Shown: positions 17,053 to 23,005 of the stretch, in pieces
How the letters are laid out: every line of letters starts with the position of its first letter
How positions within the stretch are numbered: the first letter of the stretch is position 1
Assembly (NCBI GenBank): GCA_963692945.1
Contig: OY843585.1
Coordinates: 1,050,001-1,082,000, forward strand
Source of the DNA: Bdellovibrionales bacterium
GTDB lineage: Bacteria; Bdellovibrionota; Bdellovibrionia; Bdellovibrionales; UBA1609
Reading direction: 5' to 3'
DNA length: 32,000 bases
Notes under the pieces: generated by a model
Seen by the model: only the letters and a program-made list of their open reading frames with translations
Database searches by the model: none
Told to the model about the DNA's origin: nothing
Position numbers and translations under genes: made by a program

Positions 17053-17107
17053 AAAAAATTTACTTCTTTTACAAAATTTGATAGGTTAAAAATATTATGA
17101 AATACAT
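17053..17107 (+). repeat. 55-bp leader duplication, copy 2
   Basis: See 16441-16495. The same upstream region and first codons (MKY) are present here. Confidence 0.95.
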
Positions 17108-17198
17108 TTTATTTGTTGCTTTACTTTTTCAACTCTCTTGTAGAGAAAATAAGAAAACAACTGATGATAATCTTTTAAAAGAACTAGAGTTTTGTTAA
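17097..17198 (+). pseudogene. 33-codon lipoprotein-leader ORF, probably a truncated paralogue of the ankyrin lipoprotein gene
   Basis: My translation is MKYILFVALLFQLSCRENKKTTDDNLLKELEFC*. The leader is similar to MKYMLFIFIFTGSLFQFSCKEDEE of the upstream gene. The ORF ends inside the motif AACTAGAGTTTTG and overlaps the stop of the convergent nuclease gene by 4 nt. It could instead be a genuine mini-lipoprotein. Confidence 0.35.
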
Positions 17199-18091
17199 CT
17201 TGCTTTAGGTAATTTTTTCTCTAATTTTAAAATATTTTTATTTATAGATCTATAGAGCAAAGCAATATTTTTCTTGAAAAATCTCTGTTGAGCAGGATAA
17301 GTTTCTGAATCATAAATATCTTTAAATTCTTTACATATACCAATTCGTTCTTTATCCCAAATTTCAAATCCTTTTAGAAAGCCATTTCTTACATCTTTTT
17401 TTAAAAGATTTAGTAATTTCATATCCTGTTTTTTAGTTTTATCTCTAACATTCCACCATATTCCTATACGAGGACGATCCGTAGCTCTAAATGCTGTGAA
17501 CCAAGAAAACTCTTTAGAGGGTGTAATATGTATGCAATTGTTTGCATTATGTTTTATATAAAAATTATTTCCAAATTCTTTTATTAATTTATTAAAAAAA
17601 AATTTATTTTTAGTTTTTTTACTAGACCAATTTGATGGATGACAAGTGACTTTAAATCTAGGGAGAGTATTAGATTGACCTATTTGAAATTTCTCTACCT
17701 GTACACCAAAAAACTCTATTCCTGACCCATGTTGATTAAGCCAATCTATAACTTGTCTATGTTCCAGTGTTATTTCATTAAATAACCATACAGCTGTTCG
17801 AGCTGATGATTTGATGGCATAAGTTAAAACTTGCCCTAAGTGTTTATGATCTGTTTTTTCCAATTGATTTTCAATGATGACTTCACTCCCATTACTTTGA
17901 TCAATAGCGAATAAATCTACTTTATAAGAACCTATTGGTTTTTCTGTTTGAATATCTCCTAAATTTTTACCGATAGACTTTCCTAAATAATTTAGATTTT
18001 TTGGTTTTGATAACCATTTGGAAAAATCAGTTTCCTTTTCCCATTCTTTTCTTAAAGAAATCTCTTTTATTTTACCATATTTTTTAGACAT
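17195..18091 (-). CDS. PD-(D/E)xK nuclease-fold protein with a DUF4268-like C-terminal region
   Basis: 298 aa. The N-terminal half carries the motif string E-x-D-F-x-x-WL ... VDLFAID ... VIIENQLEKTDHKHLGQVLTYA ... VWL ... EH ... DWLN ... FFGV. I recognise this string from the restriction-endonuclease-like family usually annotated as DUF4268-containing. There is no signal peptide. Confidence 0.55.
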   Translation of the reverse strand: MSKKYGKIKEISLRKEWEKETDFSKWLSKPKNLNYLGKSIGKNLGDIQTEKPIGSYKVDLFAIDQSNGSEVIIENQLEKTDHKHLGQVLTYAIKSSARTAVWLFNEITLEHRQVIDWLNQHGSGIEFFGVQVEKFQIGQSNTLPRFKVTCHPSNWSSKKTKNKFFFNKLIKEFGNNFYIKHNANNCIHITPSKEFSWFTAFRATDRPRIGIWWNVRDKTKKQDMKLLNLLKKDVRNGFLKGFEIWDKERIGICKEFKDIYDSETYPAQQRFFKKNIALLYRSINKNILKLEKKLPKAS

Positions 18092-18187
18092 ATTTTATCC
18101 TTTTCTTATGAACTCTATCGGTTTTGTTTTGAAAAAGATTAACAAAATCTTTATTGCAAAAAATAAAAATTCTTCTAGAATGAAAGA

Positions 18188-18913
18188 ATGTCTGTTGAAA
18201 TTATTCAAATACCCGTATGGGAAGATAACTATATCTATCTTCTTCATGAAAATATTTCACATAAAACAGCTGTGATTGATCCAGCAGAAGCCTTTGCTGT
18301 GAATGATTACTTAAAAAAGAAAAATTGGAATCTTGATTTTATCTTCAATACCCATCACCATCCTGACCATATAGGAGGTAACCTTCAACTTAAAAAGAAA
18401 TGGGGATGTAAAATTTATGGCTATAAAGAAGATGCTCATAGAATATCAGGTATTGACAAGCATCTTGAAGACGAAGAAGTTTTTTCTTTTGGTTCTGTTG
18501 ATTTTAAAGTGCTATTTGTTCCAGGACACACCTTAGGTCATATTGCCTATTGGTCTGAAACAGAAAATATTCTATTTTGCGGAGATTGTCTTTTTGCTAT
18601 GGGCTGTGGAAGACTTTTTGAAGGAACACCAAAGCAAATGTTTTCCAGCTTATCTAAAATCAAACAACTGCATCCAAAAACCCTTATTTATTGTGCCCAT
18701 GAATACAGCTTAAAAAACGCTCAATTTGCTCTCACAATCAACCCAGAAAATCCCTCCCTGAAAGAAAGAGCAAAAAAAATAGGACAATTCAGAAAGAAAG
18801 ATAAGCCCACAGTCCCATTCACTCTTCAAGAAGAACTTCTGACAAACCCCTTTTTAAGAGCCAAAACGACTGAAGAGTTTGCCAAACTTCGCTCTCTTAG
18901 AGATGAATTTTAA
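18188..18913 (+). CDS. gloB: hydroxyacylglutathione hydrolase (glyoxalase II)
   Basis: 241 aa. It has the metallo-beta-lactamase motif THHHPDHIGG, later His/Asp ligands (VPGHTLGH, CGDCLF, AHEY), and a C-terminal NPFLR segment typical of GloB. Confidence 0.88.
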   Translation: MSVEIIQIPVWEDNYIYLLHENISHKTAVIDPAEAFAVNDYLKKKNWNLDFIFNTHHHPDHIGGNLQLKKKWGCKIYGYKEDAHRISGIDKHLEDEEVFSFGSVDFKVLFVPGHTLGHIAYWSETENILFCGDCLFAMGCGRLFEGTPKQMFSSLSKIKQLHPKTLIYCAHEYSLKNAQFALTINPENPSLKERAKKIGQFRKKDKPTVPFTLQEELLTNPFLRAKTTEEFAKLRSLRDEF

Positions 18914-18967
18914 AAAAATCCATTTTTTTATAGACCTGAATACACTTTTTCGTATAAAAAAGCTCTT

Positions 18968-19147
18968 ATGGCAAAGAAAAAAGGTATAAAAATTATCACT
19001 TTAGAATGCACAGAGGCTCGTAAAGAAGGCAAACCACCTTCTCGTTATACAACTACAAAAAACAGCCAAGAACATCCAGAAAGACTAAAAAAGAAAAAAT
19101 ACAATCCTTTTTTAAATCGTCACACTTTACATCAAGAAATAAAATAA
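18968..19147 (+). CDS. rpmG: 50S ribosomal protein L33
   Basis: This gene is not in the ORF track because it is only 59 aa. My translation is [59 protein letters not shown]. The segments I-x-L-x-C-T ... YTT-x-KN ... ERL-x-x-KKY-x-P ... H ... H-x-E-x-K are the L33 signature. Confidence 0.88.
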   Translation: MAKKKGIKIITLECTEARKEGKPPSRYTTTKNSQEHPERLKKKKYNPFLNRHTLHQEIK

Positions 19148-19179
19148 ATTTACAAAACTCTTTTTCAAAACTCTAGTGT

Positions 19180-19250
19180 TATCCCTCCTTGTTTTCTGAC
19201 CTTTCATCGTAAAAGGGACACTCTTCAAGTTCAGAAAACAAGGAGGGATA
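19180..19250. repeat. perfect 20-bp inverted repeat with a 31-nt spacer
   Basis: TATCCCTCCTTGTTTTCTGA (19180-19199) and TCAGAAAACAAGGAGGGATA (19231-19250) are exact reverse complements. The spacer is CCTTTCATCGTAAAAGGGACACTCTTCAAGT. Confidence 0.95.
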
Positions 19251-19256
19251 TTCATA

Positions 19257-19333
19257 GAGAAAACCTACTGGTTTTCGCATGAGGAAAACTACTGGTTTTC
19301 GCAGGAGGAAAACTACGGTTTTTCGCATGAGGA
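19257..19333. repeat. 24-bp tandem repeat, 3.2 copies, each unit containing its own hairpin
   Basis: The units are GAGAAAACCTACTGGTTTTCGCAT, GAGGAAAACTACTGGTTTTCGCAG and GAGGAAAACTACGGTTTTTCGCAT, followed by a partial GAGGA. The unit-internal stem is GAAAACC/GGTTTTC around TACT. An identical solo copy of unit 1 lies at 19393-19416. Confidence 0.95.
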
Positions 19334-19539
19334 TCTTTGTTTTTCAAATCTCGTTAAAATAAGAATTACTTAACAGGCTTATATTTGAACTAGAGAAAAC
19401 CTACTGGTTTTCGCATATAAGTCTTTGATGTTTGAACTAGAGTTTTGGAAATATTCTTAGAGAAAAAAAGATGATTTAATCTATTAAAGATTTTCTATAT
19501 TTCTAGACAACTTAAATATTAAATTTTAATATAAAATCT

Positions 19540-20364
19540 ATGACTTATTTTATAAACTCTCTCAAATGGGAATATTTAAAACACTCTCAATCTATCAAAA
19601 TATTTTTAATAAAAAATATAACCTACAAATTTAATTTTTTTCTTATGATGATTATTCCTGTCTCTGTTTTCTTTTTTATAAAATACAATTTATGGGTTTC
19701 TATCTATGAAATCAATTCCGTAGAAATTATAAAAGGTTATACTTTATCAAAAATGATTAAATATCAATTTGGCATTTTCCTCCTTGATCTATTTGTTCGT
19801 TCTCATTTTTTTAGTCAAAATCTTTCAACAGATATTCGTTTAGGAAAAATCTCTTCCTTTATCCTCTACCCTTTTCATTTTATAAATTATCAACTCTCTC
19901 AATTTATTGCTAATAAATTTTTACAACTCCTTATAGGATCAACAGCTATTCTTACTGCTTTATTATTTAAAGTTATAGAAATTGATAGTTTTTCTGTATT
20001 TATTTATTTCTTACTTTTTGTAATAATAACAAGTATCTTTTGGTTTTTCATTCAAACTATTATAGGTCTTTTTGCCTTTTGGATAGATGAAACTTGGAGT
20101 TTAAATGTTTCCTTCCGATTTATAACTGCTTTTTTATCTGGAGCTTTTATTCCTTTAGATCTTTATCCTGAGCTCTTAAAAAATATATTGATATGGACTC
20201 CTTTTCCCTATTTAGTTTATTTTCCTGTAAAAATACTAATGGGAGATGAAGTCCCTATTCTTTTTTGTGTCTCTATTCTCAGTGTGTGGACTTTGATTTT
20301 AATATTTATAGCTCTATGGGCTTGGAAGAAAGGTTTAAAACTCTATACAGGGGCAGGCATTTAA
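19540..20364 (+). CDS. ABC-2 family (DUF990-like) transporter permease
   Basis: 274 aa, highly hydrophobic, with about 6 predicted TM segments. A paralogous permease and an ABC ATPase follow it. Confidence 0.7.
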   Translation: MTYFINSLKWEYLKHSQSIKIFLIKNITYKFNFFLMMIIPVSVFFFIKYNLWVSIYEINSVEIIKGYTLSKMIKYQFGIFLLDLFVRSHFFSQNLSTDIRLGKISSFILYPFHFINYQLSQFIANKFLQLLIGSTAILTALLFKVIEIDSFSVFIYFLLFVIITSIFWFFIQTIIGLFAFWIDETWSLNVSFRFITAFLSGAFIPLDLYPELLKNILIWTPFPYLVYFPVKILMGDEVPILFCVSILSVWTLILIFIALWAWKKGLKLYTGAGI

Positions 20365-20365
20365 A

Positions 20366-21139
20366 TTGAATAAGTATTTTTCTATTTATAAAGAATATTT
20401 TAAAACAAGCTTAAGTGAGGTTATAAGTTTTAGACTTAACTTTTCCCTGCAAGTTATTATGAATATATGTTTTTTAGGAACCTTCTTTTTTACTGCAAGT
20501 TTTATTTTTAACTATATAGAATATATAGGTTTTTGGAATAAAATAGAGTTTTTCTTTTTTCTCTCTTTTCTTTTTATGTTGGATCAGATTCATTATGTGG
20601 CTTTTAGTCATAATTTTTGGCAATTTAGTGAAGATGTCCGTTTAGGGAATTTTGATTTTCATCTACTTAAACCTGTCTCTAGCTTATTTATTGTTTTTAC
20701 TCGCGAGTTAGCTATTTCTGGTTTAGTAACTATAGTTTTTTCCTTTATCTTATTTGTTTATTTTGGCTGGAAGATTGATTTAACAATCCTTTCGTGGCTT
20801 AGTTTGCCCTTATGTCTCTTTGTATCTCTATTTCTTCTATTAGGTATTGAAGTGTTAATTTCTATATTTAACTTTATCACTATAGAGGGGGCTGGTATCA
20901 ATCAAACTAGAATACAGCTTCAACAACTTTGTAGATGGCCTGACTTTATCTATAAAAATCCTGTCCGACTTTTTATGATTCCTGCTTTAGCTATCACTTC
21001 TTTTCCTGTAAGGTTTTTATTAGATAATAGCTATTGGTCTTGGTTTGCTTTTATGATTATAGGAACTCTTATTTTATGGATTTTTATTTATTGGCTATGG
21101 TTAAAATCTATTAAACTTTATGAATCCTCATCTAGTTAA
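20366..21139 (+). CDS. ABC-2 family (DUF990-like) transporter permease, second subunit
   Basis: 257 aa, multi-TM. It uses a TTG start at 20366, 1 nt after the previous stop. The first in-frame ATG is about 30 codons downstream. Confidence 0.7.
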   Translation: MNKYFSIYKEYFKTSLSEVISFRLNFSLQVIMNICFLGTFFFTASFIFNYIEYIGFWNKIEFFFFLSFLFMLDQIHYVAFSHNFWQFSEDVRLGNFDFHLLKPVSSLFIVFTRELAISGLVTIVFSFILFVYFGWKIDLTILSWLSLPLCLFVSLFLLLGIEVLISIFNFITIEGAGINQTRIQLQQLCRWPDFIYKNPVRLFMIPALAITSFPVRFLLDNSYWSWFAFMIIGTLILWIFIYWLWLKSIKLYESSSS

Positions 21140-21201
21140 GAACTCTAGTAAAATAGTAGAAAATAAATTGACTTTCAATCTATAAAATTTAATCTAATAA
21201 A

Positions 21202-22197
21202 ATGCTCAAATGTGAAAATCTTTCTAGAGAATTTAAAATCTACAATAAACCCCCTGGGTTAAAAGCTTCTATTAAGTCTTTCTTTAATCGTAGTTATTAT
21301 ATCAATAAAGCTGTATCAAATTTTAATTTGGATATAAATCATTCTGGCTTGATCGGTCTATTAGGACCCAATGGTTCAGGGAAAACAACTTTAATGAAAA
21401 TGTTTACAGGAATCATTATCCCCTCTTCAGGGACAGTCCAAGTTTTAGGAGAAACACCTAGTCATAGAAAAAATCATTTTAAAAAAAGCATTAGCTTGGT
21501 TATGGGACAAAAATCTCAACTTTGGTGGGATATACCTGTTATGGATTCTTTTCTTCTTTTTCAAAAATATTATGAAATTGAAGAATCTCAATTTAAAAAA
21601 AGAGTTAATGATCTAGGAGAAAGATTAGATACAATAAAGTTTTTTAATATTCCTGTTCGTAAACTTTCTCTTGGAGAAAGAATGAAAATGGAACTCATGG
21701 CATGTCTTCTTCATGAACCAAAAGTTATTTTCTTAGATGAACCAACTATTGGTTTAGATATAAGCTCTCAAAAAAATGTAAGACAATTTTTAAAAGATTA
21801 TTATCAAGAAAAAAAACCACTTATCATTTTAACCTCTCATTATATGGCCGATGTAGAAGCTCTTTGTGAAAAAATTGTTCTTATTATTAAAGGTGAGAAA
21901 AAATTTGATGGAAGTATAGAGGGATTTAAGAAAAATTTTAAAAAAGAAAAATCAATTGTTTTTAACTTTCAACAAGCCATCAAACTATCTAATGATAAAG
22001 ATTGGCTAACTCCTTTTCCTCATGAATGGAATAGCTATAAAACTCAATTAAAAATCCGTGTTCCTGAAAAAGAAATGAAAGAAATCACTATCAAGGTTTT
22101 AAATCACTTTCCTGTATCTGATTTTCATACAGAAAAAGTAAGTATAGAGGAAATTATGGATAAGGTTTCTTCTAATCCTAATCTCTTACATCAATAA
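21202..22197 (+). CDS. ABC transporter ATP-binding protein
   Basis: 331 aa. It has Walker A (GLLGPNGSGKTT), a Q-loop, the ABC signature LSLGERMKM, Walker B (VIFLDEPTIGLD) and an H-loop (LTSHYM). There is also a roughly 100-aa C-terminal extension. Confidence 0.9.
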   Translation: MLKCENLSREFKIYNKPPGLKASIKSFFNRSYYINKAVSNFNLDINHSGLIGLLGPNGSGKTTLMKMFTGIIIPSSGTVQVLGETPSHRKNHFKKSISLVMGQKSQLWWDIPVMDSFLLFQKYYEIEESQFKKRVNDLGERLDTIKFFNIPVRKLSLGERMKMELMACLLHEPKVIFLDEPTIGLDISSQKNVRQFLKDYYQEKKPLIILTSHYMADVEALCEKIVLIIKGEKKFDGSIEGFKKNFKKEKSIVFNFQQAIKLSNDKDWLTPFPHEWNSYKTQLKIRVPEKEMKEITIKVLNHFPVSDFHTEKVSIEEIMDKVSSNPNLLHQ

Positions 22198-22250
22198 AAC
22201 TTTTGTATTGTTCATTTGAAAACAATAGAGTGGTGTAAAAAATTAGGGAA

Positions 22251-22326
22251 AATAGATAAAAAAAAAGCCCTTGGTTGCCGTCCCCAACCCCGAGAGGTTA
22301 AGTAGGCTTCCTTGGACTATCTATTA
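22251..22326. other. isolated GC-rich structured island; possible convergent terminator or small RNA
   Basis: AATAGATA (22251-22258) and TATCTATT (22319-22326) are inverted repeats. They enclose an A8 run plus GCCCTTGGTTGCCGTCCCCAACCCCGAGAGGTTAAGTAGGCTTCCTTGGAC. This is the only GC-rich patch in any intergenic region of the window. Internal pairings include GGTTG/CAACC and GTCC/GGAC. On the minus strand it is followed by a U-run. Confidence 0.25.
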
Positions 22327-22515
22327 TATTAACACAATCTTGAAAAAAGTCAAATAATTTTTTAAAAAAAGGACAATTAGCTTAAAAGCTTTATTTTATA
22401 GGCTTTCTAGAAGATTAAAAAAAGAATTTTTATAAAAGCGTGATTTATTTAATAATTTAAAATGACTTTTTAGGCTTTAATTTTGGTGTGTACTAAAGAA
22501 CTCTAGGTAATCAAT

Positions 22516-22875
22516 CTAGTTATTTTTAATATGTACTGGTTTAAATTTATCACTACATTCAAAAAATGAATTCAAAGCATCTCTATTTTCTTTAGTTTTT
22601 GGAAATTCTACAGACATAATTTGAGTTTTTTCCCAAAAAAGGACAGTTAGTTGTTCATAAACCTGGACTTCAATTATGTCATTATTTTCATATATAGTAC
22701 TAATTTGTTTTCCAGGTATCTGCCAAAGACCTTCCTTTCCCCATCTAAAAACATAGGAAGATATAGTTTTTGGTTTGTGTAGCATAAGATTACAACCTTT
22801 TTTGTAATAAATCCCCTGTTCTGCAAAAGAAATTACAGGTTGAGTAAGAAAAAGTAAAAGCACTAGGTATTTCAT
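22516..22875 (-). CDS. small secreted protein of unknown function
   Basis: 119 aa with a signal peptide (MKYLVLLLFLTQPVISFAEQ). I recognised no family. Confidence 0.45.
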   Translation of the reverse strand: MKYLVLLLFLTQPVISFAEQGIYYKKGCNLMLHKPKTISSYVFRWGKEGLWQIPGKQISTIYENNDIIEVQVYEQLTVLFWEKTQIMSVEFPKTKENRDALNSFFECSDKFKPVHIKNN

Positions 22876-22926
22876 AATTTTTTAATTTTTAGTATTTTTT
22901 TTCAATATAGTCAAATATATTCTTTT

Positions 22927-22990
22927 AAAAGTAGTATTAAACTCATAAAAAGTCCTTTAAAAATAGTACTAAACTCATAAAAGACCTTTA
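22927..22990. repeat. adjacent imperfect direct repeats of about 32 bp, upstream of the 119-aa gene
   Basis: AAAAGTAGTATTAAACTCATAAAAAGTCCTTTA (22927-22959) is followed at once by AAAATAGTACTAAACTCATAAAAGACCTTTA (22960-22990). Confidence 0.85.
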
Positions 22991-23005
22991 TTTATAGAGA
23001 TTTCA

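Larger units (their letters stand above)
19166..19447. mobile_element. MITE-like intergenic repeat mosaic, copy B, bounded by 12-nt terminal inverted repeats
   Basis: CAAAACTCTAGT at 19166-19177 and its exact reverse complement ACTAGAGTTTTG at 19436-19447 bound the element. Inside are the hairpin 19180-19250, the tandem 24-mers 19257-19333, and a segment TTCAAATCTCGTTAAAATAAG (19343-19363). That segment pairs perfectly with the left arm of copy A (CTTATTTTAACGAG). There is also a solo 24-mer (19393-19416) and a duplicated TTTGAACTAGAG (19384-19395 and 19431-19442). It encodes no transposase. Confidence 0.45.

Noticed and set aside
18110-18118. GAACTCTAT as the second terminal repeat of an element carrying the nuclease gene
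   Set aside because: Only 7-8 nt match the motif and the central CTAG is broken. This is too weak to call element boundaries, so it is mentioned only as a hint in the scar finding.
18018-18275. 85-aa plus-strand ORF spanning the nuclease-gloB divergent region
   Set aside because: It overlaps the 5' ends of both neighbouring genes in other frames and has no RBS or motifs.
19257-19416. CRISPR array reading of the 24-nt hairpin repeats
   Set aside because: The three units are directly abutting with no spacers. The fourth copy is separated by other repeat modules rather than by a unique spacer of regular length. There are no cas genes in the window.
19257-19540. Type III toxin-antitoxin reading (ToxI-like tandem RNA repeats followed by a toxin gene)
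   Set aside because: The next gene downstream is a multi-TM ABC-2 permease, not a ToxN/AbiQ-like endoribonuclease. The repeat unit (24 nt) is also shorter than the known antitoxin repeats I am aware of.
22251-22326. SRP (4.5S) RNA, tRNA or tmRNA fragment reading of the GC-rich patch
   Set aside because: The minus-strand GUCCAAGGAAGCC only loosely resembles the SRP domain IV segment GUCCGGAAGGAAGCAGCC. The GNAR tetraloop context is missing and the whole structure is too short. There is no T-arm GGTTCRAATCC for a tRNA.
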